Shown: positions 30,999-41,761, counted from the first letter of the whole stretch. The stretch: 63,421 bases of DNA, filler included, from 4 parts of 4 records of this genome joined end to end with filler, not necessarily neighbours in it; one strand, 5' to 3'. Numbers and translations are program-made. The notes: generated by a model from the letters alone, not told the origin.

Positions 30999-31383
30999 TC
31001 CTGTGGCTCCTCGACCATCTCCATGGTGATTTCAAGTAATTTTCGATTTTTACCCTGACTCGCCTTAACATTGGAAAACAATGGCAAGGCCTGTAATTTT
31101 TTAACGTAAAGAAGCGGATTATGCTCCTCGCCTTCAAGAACGATGGTGACGGTGGACGGGGTATAATGCCACTCTGTCAGCGAGACCTTTTTCAGGGGCA
31201 GCGCCCCTGCGACCACTACCATCAGACGAAGCTGGGACGGCCCGGACAGAAGCCCCCGGATTTTTTCTACCTTCAGCTGTTCCTCCAGCGCCGCCCCCCT
31301 GGCCGTGAGGATCGGCTCGATTTCAGCTTCCAGCACCTCGATCCGCCCCTCAAGCGCCATGCTTGACCGGTGGTACCGGAAAA
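30995..31383 (-). CDS. GspL/PilN-like protein, 5' truncated
   Basis: Coiled coil then YVKKLQALPLFSNV (PilN-like); the frame stays open to the contig edge. Confidence 0.6.
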
Positions 31384-31483
31384 NNNNNNNNNNNNNNNNN
31401 NNNNNNNNNNNNNNNNNNNNNNNNNNNTTAATTAATTAANNNNNNNNNNNNNNNNNNNNNNNNNNNNNNNNNNNNNNNNNNNN
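31384..31483. other. Artificial contig linker
   Basis: Same N/TTAATTAATTAA/N spacer. Confidence 0.98.
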
Positions 31484-31621
31484 AATGTCTTCAGGGGACG
31501 GCAGGACAAAATGCAGACCGTGGACCCGGTGACCGGCCCTTTTCAGAAGGGCCGCCGCCAGGGAACTGTCCACGCCCCCGCTCAGGGCCACGAGTATGTT
31601 TAAGGATTTGTTACCGTTCAA
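31484..31621 (-). CDS. mnmA: tRNA 2-thiouridylase MnmA, N-terminal fragment
   Basis: ILVALSGGVDSSLAAALL...G..V.G PP-loop; truncated by the contig end. Confidence 0.8.
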
Positions 31622-32043
31622 TTCAGGAGGGTCTTATTAAATTTGACTTCCATGGCACGGGCCGGACATGCCGCCACGCACCATTCACACGCACTGCATT
31701 TTTCCTTGTCAAAGACAACATCCATTTCCGGTCTGCTGATGCTGAGGGCGCCCGTGGGGCAGACCGCCGTGCAGGCACCGCATTCATAACATTTCTCTTC
31801 GTTCCGCTTGATATCCTCGCCGATACTCTCCACCTTGATGCCGATATGCTTAAGGTACGCGATCCCCCTTTTGTAATTCTTCTTGTGGCCGCTCAGCTGC
31901 AGCACCATAAGACCTTCTTTTCGAGGGTAAATGACGGCTTTGAGAATGTTAAAAGAGAGATCGAACTTTTTGACCAGCGTTGCCGCAATCGGTTCGTCAA
32001 CAATGGTTTTGGGAAACCTTAAGGAAATGGTCTTTGAATACAT
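31618..32043 (-). CDS. NIL domain + 2x[4Fe-4S] ferredoxin protein
   Basis: NIL motif (FNILKA), CYECGACTAVCP and CSACEWCVAACP; start MYSKT with GGAGG RBS. Confidence 0.9.
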   Translation of the reverse strand: MYSKTISLRFPKTIVDEPIAATLVKKFDLSFNILKAVIYPRKEGLMVLQLSGHKKNYKRGIAYLKHIGIKVESIGEDIKRNEEKCYECGACTAVCPTGALSISRPEMDVVFDKEKCSACEWCVAACPARAMEVKFNKTLLN

Positions 32044-32071
32044 GACGAATCCTCCGTTTTGCATCCGCGCA

Positions 32072-33250
32072 TCAATATTTTTTGATGACCCTTTCAAATC
32101 CGGGAAGGGATTTGGTGATGACCGATTCGGCAACGCAATAGGCAATCCTGAAATGCCCCGGTCCCATGAATCCGCTTCCCGGAACGGTCAGAATATTTTC
32201 CTCCTGAAGAGCCTCGATAAACGCCACATCATCTTCGATGGGGGATTTGGGAAAAAGATAAAAGGCGCCTTCCGGTTTTTCGAGCTGGTAGCCGAAGCTC
32301 CGGAGTGCGTCGCATAGAATGTCCCTGTTTTTTCGGTAGAGTGAGATGTCAACGCTGTCATGGAGCAGGTGCTGGATGGCCCGTTGCATGATCGCCGGTG
32401 CATTCACATAGCCCAGGGTGCGGTTGCAGAAAACCATGCCCGCCAGAATCATACCCTTGTCCGCCATGTGGGGATGGATCGCCGCATAACCGATCCGTTC
32501 ACCCGGCAGCGACAGGTCTTTGGAAAAGGAGGTCACCAGGAAGCTTTCAGGGTATGCGTCGAAAATGCTGGGGACCTGAACACCGTCATAGACAATTTTT
32601 CGGTAGGGTTCATCGCTTATGAGATAAATGGGACTCCCTTGTTTCCGGCTGTAATGGGTCAACAGGTCGGCCAGTTTGCCCAAATCTTCCTTGCTGTAGA
32701 CCTTCCCGGTGGGATTGTTGGGAGAATTGATCAGAACGGCCTTTGTTTTTTCGGTGATGGCACCTTCAATGGCATCAAAATCAAAGGAGAAATCTTCCTT
32801 TGTGGGCACCCGATGTACGAGCCCCTGGTGATTGTCCAGATAGAAATCATACTCAACAAAATAGGGCTTGGGGATGATCACTTCATCACCCGGATTGAGG
32901 ATGGTTTTCAAAACCACATTAAGACCACCACCGGCCCCCACGGTCATGACGATCTCATCACCTGAAAAGGTCGCTTCGTTATAGGTGCTTAGAAAATCGC
33001 CCACCGCCTTGCGCGTTTCAGGAAACCCGGCATTGGGCATGTAGGCATGTCGGGACGGGGAGGGGTCTTCAATTAGATCTTTCAAAGTTTCTTTCAGCCT
33101 CAGTGGCGGTTCCAGATTGGGATTTCCCAGGCTGAAATCAAAAACATTTTCCGGTCCGAACTGTTGCTTTCTTTTGGCGCCTTCCTCGAACATTTTCCGA
33201 ATGAAGGAAGATCTTTCAATGGCGGCTTGAATCTTTTTTGATAAGGGCAT
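32072..33250 (-). CDS. PLP-dependent class I/II aminotransferase (aspartate aminotransferase-like)
   Basis: INSPNNPTG, ISDEPY, SFSKDLSLPGERIG. Confidence 0.93.
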   Translation of the reverse strand: MPLSKKIQAAIERSSFIRKMFEEGAKRKQQFGPENVFDFSLGNPNLEPPLRLKETLKDLIEDPSPSRHAYMPNAGFPETRKAVGDFLSTYNEATFSGDEIVMTVGAGGGLNVVLKTILNPGDEVIIPKPYFVEYDFYLDNHQGLVHRVPTKEDFSFDFDAIEGAITEKTKAVLINSPNNPTGKVYSKEDLGKLADLLTHYSRKQGSPIYLISDEPYRKIVYDGVQVPSIFDAYPESFLVTSFSKDLSLPGERIGYAAIHPHMADKGMILAGMVFCNRTLGYVNAPAIMQRAIQHLLHDSVDISLYRKNRDILCDALRSFGYQLEKPEGAFYLFPKSPIEDDVAFIEALQEENILTVPGSGFMGPGHFRIAYCVAESVITKSLPGFERVIKKY

Positions 33251-33466
33251 AATTTACTCTCCTGATTCGATACTGTAAGGCTCAAGAATACCGTTTTGGT
33301 CCGGGTTGTCAATATAAAAGAGAGCCTCCGTCCGTATGATGGCGTTATCCGACCCTACAAATCCGCCGGAGCTGAATTGGTCTTGACACCATGAACCGCT
33401 TTTTTTACTTTGATAAATGTTTCGCTAATGTTTTTTCATATGAGAGAGGTTAAAGAGGGTTGCATT

Positions 33467-34645
33467 ATGGGAAGCCATACCAAAAAGAAGCCGGTCATTG
33501 CCATACTGACCGGCGGAGGAGATGTTCCCGGACTCAACCCCTGCATCAAGGCACTGGTATGCCGGGCCATCGATGAGGGGATCAGAGTCGTGGGGTTTCG
33601 GCGTGGATGGGCGGGTCTGCTGGCATATCATCCCGATGCCACGGGCCCGGATTTGGAACATTGTGTCCATGAATTTGACAAACCGGAGGTCCGGACCATC
33701 GACCGCGATGGCGGGACCTATCTGCATACCTCTCGCACCAATCCGGGGGCGGCCCGGAAAAAGGATGTGCCGGAATTCTTGAAACATCACTTTAATACAG
33801 ATGATGAAACAATTGATTTTACGGATCATTGTATTGGAAATCTGGAGCGTTTGGGGATTGATGCGGTGGTTCCCATCGGAGGGGACGATACCCTCGGTTT
33901 TGCGGCCCGGTTGGGGGACAAGGGCTTTCCCGTCATCGCCATTCCCAAAACCATGGACAATGATGTGTTCGGCACCGACTACTGTATCGGGTTTTCAACG
34001 GCGGTGACCCGGGGGGTCGGTTTTATCCATGCCCTCAGGACGTGCGCCGGCTCCCATGAAAGAATCGCCGTCATTGAACTGTTCGGTCGTTATTGCGGTG
34101 AGACATCGCTCATCAGCGCTTACCTGGCCGGCGTGGATCGGGCCATCATCAGCGAAATCCCTTTTGATCCGGAAAAACTGGCGAAACTGGTCATGGAAGA
34201 TAAAAAGGCCAATCCCAAGAGTTATGTGATGATCACCATGTCGGAAGGGGCCAAGTTTGTCGGCGGGGAGATGACCCTGTCCGGAGAGTGCGACGCATAT
34301 GGACATCGCAGGCTTGGCGGAATCGGTGAAGAAACCGGCGAGATGCTCAAAAAACTGACCGGCGAGGATGTGTTGAACCAGCGCTTATCGTACTTGATGC
34401 GAAGCGGCGCTCCCGATTCCCTGGACCTCATGGTGGCGGTCAATTATGCCAATATGGCCCTCGATCTTTTCCTTAAAAAAGTGTTCGGCAGGCTTGTGGC
34501 CTTAAATCGTGGTGTGTATACGGATATCCCTTTGGGAACCATCAGCACCGGCCAGAAACGGGTGGACGTAAGGGAACTCTACGATGTGGATGCCTACCGG
34601 CCCAAAATCCGGCACGTGAGCGGAAAACCCATGTTTCTTTATTAA
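33467..34645 (+). CDS. Phosphofructokinase, predicted PPi-dependent
   Basis: [22 protein letters not shown] and PKTMDND (Asp/Lys signature of PPi use), ELFGR; start MGSHT after GAGGG. Confidence 0.9.
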   Translation: MGSHTKKKPVIAILTGGGDVPGLNPCIKALVCRAIDEGIRVVGFRRGWAGLLAYHPDATGPDLEHCVHEFDKPEVRTIDRDGGTYLHTSRTNPGAARKKDVPEFLKHHFNTDDETIDFTDHCIGNLERLGIDAVVPIGGDDTLGFAARLGDKGFPVIAIPKTMDNDVFGTDYCIGFSTAVTRGVGFIHALRTCAGSHERIAVIELFGRYCGETSLISAYLAGVDRAIISEIPFDPEKLAKLVMEDKKANPKSYVMITMSEGAKFVGGEMTLSGECDAYGHRRLGGIGEETGEMLKKLTGEDVLNQRLSYLMRSGAPDSLDLMVAVNYANMALDLFLKKVFGRLVALNRGVYTDIPLGTISTGQKRVDVRELYDVDAYRPKIRHVSGKPMFLY

Positions 34646-34685
34646 CCATGGAAAAACACCAGCATTTGCCTTAAAATATGACGAT

Positions 34686-34973
34686 TTATCTTCCTTTGAA
34701 CGGCGTCTGCTGCAGATTTGTTCCGTCTGCTGGACGGCGGCGACATGGGCGGCAAAATCTCGGCTGAAGGACTGCTGAAGTAACTGTCAGTTGTTCGATC
34801 AATGGGTCCGGGTCCATCCCGAAAAAATCCTGTGTATCGGGCGGGGGAGCTCCCTTGATGGGCAAGTATTTCTGCGTGAATACGTATGCGCCGGGGAGTG
34901 AACGAAGAAACCTGAAGCGCCTGACATCATCCTCAAGGGTTGTGTTAAACCCGTACATGCAGATGAATTCCAC
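34686..34973 (-). pseudogene. Probable C-terminal fragment of a radical-SAM-like gene
   Basis: MYGFNTTLEDD..RF..LR...Y.F.Q.Y resembles the C-terminal part of radical SAM proteins; no CxxxCxxC and an in-frame stop just upstream. Confidence 0.4.
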
Positions 34974-35117
34974 ATTATTGATGATCGTTTCAATGGATGA
35001 TTGTTGTGAAAATCAAAACTTCAAATTGGCATTTTCACATTGTTTTTTTAAAAAATGCGAGGCTTGGTGAACCGTATGCCGGATGAAACGCCCTTGAATT
35101 TCGATTGACTTTAGGGA

Positions 35118-35142
35118 ATATTTGGAGCACGCTTCCAAATAT
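35118..35142. promoter_or_regulatory. Palindromic operator overlapping a start codon
   Basis: ATATTTGGA-7nt-TCCAAATAT perfect inverted repeat, downstream of TTGACT (35105-35110). Confidence 0.55.
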
Positions 35143-36358
35143 GCAACAACGAGCCTCAGAATTAGTCCCGCGACCGCGGCTGGTTAAGCGGATTTTTCGG
35201 TATCTGAATGAGGCCCCCGTAACGGTTCTGTCCGGGGCCCGCCAGACCGGAAAGACCACCCTGGCGCATATGACGGCCGAGATGTTCGAAAAGCGAACGG
35301 ACGCCCGGGTCCATTTTTTTGATTTGGAGCGTGCGGCGTCGCGTGCGGCCCTCACTACCGCTGAGATGACCCTGGAACCGTTGCGGGGCCTGGTAATCAT
35401 CGATGAGGTACAGCGTATCCCCCAACTTTTTGAAACATTGCGGCCGTTGGCGGATCGGAGGTCTGTGCCTGCAAGTTTCCTGGTTCTGGGGAGCGCATCG
35501 TCCGGATTGGTTCGCGGGGTTTCCGAATCTCTGGCCGGCCGCGCTCTCTTTCTTAGGGTCTCGGGTTTTGCATTGGATGAACTGGCGTTGGATGACCTGA
35601 ATTCCCTATGGATTCGCGGCGGTTTCCCCCGTTCATGGCTGGCGCCATCTGAAGAGGCAAGCCGCCGGTGGCGGGAAGTCTTCATGTCCACTTTTCTGGA
35701 GAGGGATATCCCACAGCTTGGGATTCAAGTCCCTTCGGAAGCGCTTCGTCGTTTTTGGACCATGCTGGCCCACTATCATGGCCGGACATGGAATGCTTCG
35801 GAACTGGCCCGTTCAATGGGGGTTTCCTCCAAAACGACGCTTTACTATCGTGATATCCTTGCGGGCGGTTACATGTTGCGGGTTCTTCACCCCTGGTTTG
35901 AAAACTTGAAAAAGCGTCAGGTGAAATCGCCGAAAATCTATATTCGGGACAGTGGTCTGCTGCACACGCTTCTGGGGATACCGGACATGATCACACTTCG
36001 CTCTCATCCGGGATACGGGACATCATGGGAAGGATTCGCTCTGGAACAGATCCTGATCCTTTTCGGGTCGGAACAGGCCTATTTCTGGGGAACCCAGCGG
36101 GGAGCTGAACTGGATTTGCTGTTGTTTCGCAACGGGAAACGGCTGGGTTTCGAGTTTAAATGCAGCGACGGTCCAACCCTGACAAAATCGATGCACATTG
36201 CCCTGGCCGACCTCGGATTACACCGACTCTTCATTGTCTACCCCGGGAAGGACCGTTATCGGCTTCATGAAAAGATCGAAGTGGTGCCATTAAGGGACTG
36301 TGTGAATTTGTGGGATGCTGGGAGTGAACCAGGGAATAACGTTAAAAACCGTGGATAA
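35141..36358 (+). CDS. AAA_14 ATPase + wHTH + DUF4143/PD-(D/E)xK protein
   Basis: GARQTGKTT, IIDEVQ, LGSAS, SLAGR, GGFP, HTH (ASELARSMGVS..T), KSPKIY..DSGL, ELDLL...GFEFK. Confidence 0.9.
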   Translation: MQQRASELVPRPRLVKRIFRYLNEAPVTVLSGARQTGKTTLAHMTAEMFEKRTDARVHFFDLERAASRAALTTAEMTLEPLRGLVIIDEVQRIPQLFETLRPLADRRSVPASFLVLGSASSGLVRGVSESLAGRALFLRVSGFALDELALDDLNSLWIRGGFPRSWLAPSEEASRRWREVFMSTFLERDIPQLGIQVPSEALRRFWTMLAHYHGRTWNASELARSMGVSSKTTLYYRDILAGGYMLRVLHPWFENLKKRQVKSPKIYIRDSGLLHTLLGIPDMITLRSHPGYGTSWEGFALEQILILFGSEQAYFWGTQRGAELDLLLFRNGKRLGFEFKCSDGPTLTKSMHIALADLGLHRLFIVYPGKDRYRLHEKIEVVPLRDCVNLWDAGSEPGNNVKNRG

Positions 36359-36387
36359 GGGCACTCTCGGGGAAAAAGGAGGGCATA

Positions 36388-38193
36388 TTGGCTGAAAAAT
36401 TCATGAGTATGAGGAACCTGAAATTCCTCCTGTACGAAGTCTTTGATGCCGCTTCATTGACCCGGTACCCTTACCATGCGGAATATGATCGCAAGATGCT
36501 GGATATGGTGCTTCAGGCTGCGGAAGAACTGGCCCAGGGTCTTCTGTGGCCCCATTACCAGGACATGGACAGAAATCCGCCGGAACTGGTGGACGATTCG
36601 GTGAAGGTGCACCCTTCGGTCAGGAAAGTTTTGAAGGAGATGGGTGAGGGCGGTTGGATTTCCATGACCGTTCCCGAAGAGCTGGACGGGCAGCAACTCC
36701 CCCATATGATTGCGGACACCTGCCAGTTTATTTTCTGTTCGGCCAATTATTCGGCGGCCGCCTATGTTGGGCTTTCGGACGGTGCGGCCCGCCTCATTGA
36801 AAATTTTGGAGACAGGGTCTTATACGACCTCTTTGTGCCGAACATGCGAAGCGGTCGGTGGCAGGGGACCATGGCCCTCACGGAGCCGGAGGCGGGGAGT
36901 TCCCTGTCCGATATCACCACCACGGCGGAACCCACCGAAAATGGGTACTACCGCATTCAGGGACAGAAGATTTTTATTTCCGCGGGGGATCACGACGGCG
37001 TGGAAAACGTGATCCACCTGATGCTCGCCAGGATCAAGGGGGCGCCTCAAGGGGTCAAGGGGATCTCCCTGTTTGTGGTGCCGAAAAAGCGGATCGATGA
37101 AAAAGGTGCCCTGGTTTCCAACGATGTGGTCACTTCCGGCATCTTTCACAAACTGGGTTACCGGGGATGCCCCATTGCACAGCTCAGCATCGGGGATAAA
37201 AACGATTGCCGGGGGTATTTGGTGGGTGACCCCCATAACGGTCTCCGGTATATGTTCCAGATGATGAATGAAGCGCGGATCGGGGTCGGTATGGGGGCTA
37301 CTGCCATGGCCACGGCCGCCTACTATGCTTCCCTGGACTATGCCGCAGTCCGAAAACAAGGACGAAAGATCGACGAGAAAAACCCCGTCAATCCCCCCGT
37401 CCCCATTATTGAACACGCCGACGTGAAACGGATGCTGCTGTTTCAGCGCTCGGTGGTGGAGGGGGCCTTGAGCCTGCTCATGCAATGCAGCCGATATGTG
37501 GATATGAAAATAGTGGGAAGCGATGGGGAGAGGGAAAAGTATGCGCTATTGCTGGACCTTCTCACGCCGGTGGCCAAGAGCTATCCATCGGAGGCCGGCA
37601 TCCTCTCCATCAGCCAGGGGCTCCAGTGTCTCGGCGGCTCCGGCTATTGCGACGACTACCCACTGGAACAATACTATCGGGATGCCCGTATCCATCCCAT
37701 CCATGAAGGAACCACCGGAATTCACGGGATGGATCTCCTGGGTCGAAAGATCCCCATGGAAAACGGCAAGGCCTTTGGGCTGTATCTCCAAGAGGTGGAA
37801 ACCACCATCAGGGCGGCAAAGGGGATGCCCGTGCTGGAACCGTATGCACTGCAACTGTCGGAGTTTCTGGAAAAGCTGAAGCGGGTCACGTTTCACCTGG
37901 CCGGCATCCAAAAGGAACGTGGCATCGAGCATGCGTTGGCTGATGCAACCCTATATCTGGAATTGTTCGGGATCATCTCCATTGCCTGGCAATGGCTCAT
38001 TCAGGCAATTGTCCTCGCAAAAGCGTTAAATGGGGAACCGCCCGAAGCACAAAAGGATTTTTATGAGGGAAAATTCCATACTTTTAGATATTACTTCGGT
38101 TATGAACTCCCAAAAGCCGAAGGCTTTTTCAATCGCTTGATGCACGCAGATGGTATGACCGTTTTGATGAAGAAAGAATGGTTTTCGGATTAG
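36388..38193 (+). CDS. Acyl-CoA dehydrogenase
   Basis: TMALTEPEAGS, GQKIFIS, GISLFVVPK, MMNEAR, GG.GY, IHEGTTGI; TTG start with AAGGAGG. Confidence 0.95.
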   Translation: MAEKFMSMRNLKFLLYEVFDAASLTRYPYHAEYDRKMLDMVLQAAEELAQGLLWPHYQDMDRNPPELVDDSVKVHPSVRKVLKEMGEGGWISMTVPEELDGQQLPHMIADTCQFIFCSANYSAAAYVGLSDGAARLIENFGDRVLYDLFVPNMRSGRWQGTMALTEPEAGSSLSDITTTAEPTENGYYRIQGQKIFISAGDHDGVENVIHLMLARIKGAPQGVKGISLFVVPKKRIDEKGALVSNDVVTSGIFHKLGYRGCPIAQLSIGDKNDCRGYLVGDPHNGLRYMFQMMNEARIGVGMGATAMATAAYYASLDYAAVRKQGRKIDEKNPVNPPVPIIEHADVKRMLLFQRSVVEGALSLLMQCSRYVDMKIVGSDGEREKYALLLDLLTPVAKSYPSEAGILSISQGLQCLGGSGYCDDYPLEQYYRDARIHPIHEGTTGIHGMDLLGRKIPMENGKAFGLYLQEVETTIRAAKGMPVLEPYALQLSEFLEKLKRVTFHLAGIQKERGIEHALADATLYLELFGIISIAWQWLIQAIVLAKALNGEPPEAQKDFYEGKFHTFRYYFGYELPKAEGFFNRLMHADGMTVLMKKEWFSD

Positions 38194-38336
38194 ATGCATT
38201 TCCATGTGCCAAAGACGTCATTTGAAGGGGTCGAGACGAAGAAGAAAGTTTTGGAAACTTCAAAAAACTTGAATGGTGGACGGATGTCGGTTAAAATAAA
38301 GTCTTTTGTAAAAAATCAAGGAGATTACCTGAATTC

Positions 38337-39404
38337 ATGCCCATAGAAGGAGTTCGTAGACCCACCAAAAAAATTCATGTGGGAGATGTGCCCATCGGCG
38401 GGGATGCACCCATCGCCGTTCAATCCATGACCAACACCGATACACGGGATGTATCTAAAACAGTTGCCCAGATCGAACGCCTGGCGGATGCGGGATGCGA
38501 GATTGTTCGCCTGGCCATACCCGATGAAACGGCGGTGGCGGCTTTTGCGGAGATCAGGAAAAAAGTCTCTCCCCCGCTCATTGCGGATATTCACTTTGAT
38601 CATCGGCTGGCCCTGGGGGTATTAAAAGCCGGCGCCCATGGCCTTCGCATCAACCCCGGCAATATCGGTGGTCCGGAATCGGTGAAAAAGGTGGTGTCCG
38701 CGGCCCGGGAAGCGGGGGCGCCCATCCGGATCGGCGTTAACGCCGGGTCGCTCCATCGGGATGTATTGAAAAAATACGGAGGACCCACGCCCGCGGCCAT
38801 GGTTGCCAGCGCCATGGAACATGTCATGATTCTGGAGGATCTTGATTTTGCTCATATCAAAATTTCTTTGAAGTCGTCGGATGTTAAAAATACCATTGCG
38901 GCTTACGAACTTCTGAGCGAACGGGTGGATTACCCGCTTCACCTGGGGGTCACCGAGGCCGGTACATTGATTTCCGGCACGGTCAAAAGCACCATGGGAA
39001 TCGGGTTTCTGCTGGCTGAAGGCATCGGGGACACCTTCCGGGTCTCGCTTACCCGTGACCCGGTGGAAGAGGTTCGGGTGGCCTATGAGATTTTGAGAAG
39101 TCTCGGTTTGAGATCCCGGGGGCCTGAAATTATATCGTGCCCCACCTGCGGCCGATGTGAGATTGATCTTTTCTCCATTGTGGATGAAGTGGAAAAGGGC
39201 GTCTCCGGCATTGTGGGATCCCCCAAGGTGGCCATTATGGGGTGTGTGGTCAATGGTCCCGGTGAAGCCCGGGAGGCGGATGTGGGGGTTGCTGGCGGGC
39301 GCGGGCAGGGGATACTCTTTAAAAAGGGAGAAGTGGTTAGAAAAATTCCGGAAAGCGACCTGGCCGAGGTGCTGATAACTGAAGTGAAACAGATTGCGTC
39401 TTAA
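38337..39404 (+). CDS. ispG: HMBPP synthase (4-hydroxy-3-methylbut-2-en-1-yl diphosphate synthase)
   Basis: VQSMTNT, ADIHF, RINPGNIG, CPTCGRC, MGCVVNGPGE. Confidence 0.97.
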   Translation: MPIEGVRRPTKKIHVGDVPIGGDAPIAVQSMTNTDTRDVSKTVAQIERLADAGCEIVRLAIPDETAVAAFAEIRKKVSPPLIADIHFDHRLALGVLKAGAHGLRINPGNIGGPESVKKVVSAAREAGAPIRIGVNAGSLHRDVLKKYGGPTPAAMVASAMEHVMILEDLDFAHIKISLKSSDVKNTIAAYELLSERVDYPLHLGVTEAGTLISGTVKSTMGIGFLLAEGIGDTFRVSLTRDPVEEVRVAYEILRSLGLRSRGPEIISCPTCGRCEIDLFSIVDEVEKGVSGIVGSPKVAIMGCVVNGPGEAREADVGVAGGRGQGILFKKGEVVRKIPESDLAEVLITEVKQIAS

Positions 39405-39512
39405 TAGGGGGGCAGTTTTCAGGGTGCAGGATGAAGGACTGCTCTTTTTTTTCTGACAACTGCACCCTAATAATAAACACTAAAAAGCCATTAAGGAGAA
39501 AGTCGAAGAATT

Positions 39513-41240
39513 ATGCGATATTCCAGCTATTTTATTCCCACGCAGAAGGAAGTGCCGGCCGATGCCGAGATTATCAGCCACCGGTTGATGGTCCGGGCCG
39601 GCATGATTCGAAAGCTGACTTCGGGCATTTATACGTACCTTCCCGTGGGTCTTAAGTCCATACGGAAGGTGGAAAATATTGTCCGGGAGGAGATGAACCG
39701 GGCAGGCGCCATTGAGGTCCTCATGCCCGCCGTGCAGCCGGCGGAATTGTGGCGGGAGAGCGGCCGGTGGGAGTACTATGGCCGTGAACTGCTGCGGTTC
39801 AAGGACCGTCATGACCGGGAGGCCTGCATGGGGCCCACCCACGAAGAGGTGATCACGGACCTGGTGCGGAAAGAGATTCACTCCTACAAACAGATGCCTG
39901 TTAATCTCTACCAGATCCAGACCAAGTTCAGGGATGAGATCCGCCCCCGTTTCGGGATTATGCGCGGGCGCGAATTCATCATGAAAGACGCCTACAGCTT
40001 TGATGTGGATGAGGCCGGGGCCAACAGCAGCTACGAGGCCATGTACGGGGCTTATGAAAGAATTTTTAAGAGATGCGGTCTGAAATTCAGGGCTGTTGAA
40101 GCCGACTCCGGTACCATTGGGGGAAGCTATTCCCACGAATTCATGGTCCTGGCCGAGTCCGGTGAGGACCAGATCGTCAACTGCACCCAATGCGATTATG
40201 CGGCCAATCTTGAACGGGCGGAGGTGAAAGAAGAAGATGTGTCTTCGCCGGATAAAAATGGTTTTGAGGCCCTGGGGAGGGTGGACACGCCGGATCAGCG
40301 GACCATTGACGAGGTGGCCCAATTTCTGAAGATTACTTCCCGGCAACTGGTGAAAACCCTTGTTTATGTGGTTGATGAAGAACCGGTGGCCGTGTTGATT
40401 CGAGGTGATCATGAATTGAATGATGCCAAGCTTAAAAATGCCCTGGACGCGCAAGCCGTTGAAATGGCCTCCGAGCGGCTCGTTGAAGAAGCGACCGGGG
40501 CCCCATTGGGTTTTGCGGGTCCCGTGGGTCTCAACATCAAAGTGGTGGCCGATAATGCCATCAAGGCAATGAAAAATTTTGTGGTGGGGGGTAACGAAAA
40601 AGACCTTCACTTTATGAATGTGAATCTGGAAAGGGATTTCAAACCGAGCCTTTTCGGCGATTTGCGTACCATTGCGCCGGGGGATGCGTGTCCCCGTTGC
40701 GGCGGCGAAATCGCCTTTGGCCGGGGCATTGAGGTGGGGCATGTGTTCAAACTGGGCGTCAAATACAGTGAGGCCATGAAAGCCGTTTTCTTAAATGAAC
40801 AGGGAAAAGAGATGCCCATGATCATGGGGTGCTACGGCATCGGTATCGGCCGGAGTGTGGCGGCCGCCATCGAGCAGAACCACGACAAGGACGGTATTGT
40901 TTTTCCGATTCCGGTGGCCCCCTTTGAGGTGACCATCCTGCCGTTGCAGATGCATAACGAAGCCGTGGTGGAAGCGGCGTCAAAAATTTACGGGGATCTT
41001 CTGAATATGAATATCGATGTCCTCCTGGATGACCGGGATGAACGGGCCGGCGTCAAATTCAAGGATGCCGACCTGATCGGGATTCCGGTGCGCATCACGT
41101 TAGGTTCCCGGGGGCTCAAAAACGGTGAGGTGGAGGTCAAGCTTCGGTCGGAACCGGAGGGTTTCACGGTACCGCTGGAGGGGGCCGCAGCCGCCATTTC
41201 GGACACGGTGAAGGGCCTCTATGATTCGCTTAAAATCTGA
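39513..41240 (+). CDS. proS: Proline--tRNA ligase (bacterial type with editing domain)
   Basis: [46 protein letters not shown]. Confidence 0.97.
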   Translation: MRYSSYFIPTQKEVPADAEIISHRLMVRAGMIRKLTSGIYTYLPVGLKSIRKVENIVREEMNRAGAIEVLMPAVQPAELWRESGRWEYYGRELLRFKDRHDREACMGPTHEEVITDLVRKEIHSYKQMPVNLYQIQTKFRDEIRPRFGIMRGREFIMKDAYSFDVDEAGANSSYEAMYGAYERIFKRCGLKFRAVEADSGTIGGSYSHEFMVLAESGEDQIVNCTQCDYAANLERAEVKEEDVSSPDKNGFEALGRVDTPDQRTIDEVAQFLKITSRQLVKTLVYVVDEEPVAVLIRGDHELNDAKLKNALDAQAVEMASERLVEEATGAPLGFAGPVGLNIKVVADNAIKAMKNFVVGGNEKDLHFMNVNLERDFKPSLFGDLRTIAPGDACPRCGGEIAFGRGIEVGHVFKLGVKYSEAMKAVFLNEQGKEMPMIMGCYGIGIGRSVAAAIEQNHDKDGIVFPIPVAPFEVTILPLQMHNEAVVEAASKIYGDLLNMNIDVLLDDRDERAGVKFKDADLIGIPVRITLGSRGLKNGEVEVKLRSEPEGFTVPLEGAAAAISDTVKGLYDSLKI

Positions 41241-41480
41241 AACCCTAAGATCCGCTTATAATGCGGGTTTCCAAGTTTTCGGGTTAATCGATTTCACTGG
41301 TTTTTATAGGTTTTAATTGCAAAAAAGGTAATTGTTACCTTAAGCAAAAACCCGAATGGAAACGGAAGCCCACCAGAACCTGAATGCGGCCATCCACGCC
41401 GTATGGATGGAAGCGGGCCTTGACCTTATGCCGGTTATGCGGGAGAATCCTGAAGACTAGGCAAAAAAGAGGGAGGCAAG

Positions 41481-41663
41481 ATGAAGAAATTAGTTGAAAC
41501 AATGGGAGTGGACCCCTTAGAACTACTTTTTGACCCGATAATGGGACCGGACAATAAAATTCTTGAGGATATTGAATCCTATAGAAATGAGTTGGAGTCC
41601 TGTATGGGCGTTCCAGATGCTTTACTAGGCAGGCGATCAGTGGTGGCCAGAGGGTCCCATTAG
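41481..41663 (+). CDS. Small hypothetical protein
   Basis: 60-aa ORF with a strong GGGAGG RBS, convergent on the phage operon terminator. Confidence 0.45.
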   Translation: MKKLVETMGVDPLELLFDPIMGPDNKILEDIESYRNELESCMGVPDALLGRRSVVARGSH

Positions 41664-41761
41664 TCACATCTATTTAAAACACTCTTAGGCCTGCAATATT
41701 GGCATAAAATAGATTTAAAACAAGCCTAAAACCTGTTTTTGGTGGCCAAAGGGCACCATAC

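Noticed and set aside
34700-34795. GC-rich partially symmetric segment as a possible integron attC
   Set aside because: No proper RYYYAAC/GTTRRRY boxes, no integrase and no cassette array.
39480-40742. 420-aa minus-strand ORF (and similar ORFs opposite darB, the acyl-CoA dehydrogenase and gspD)
   Set aside because: Antisense to well-supported genes, with no motifs or RBS; expected from codon bias.
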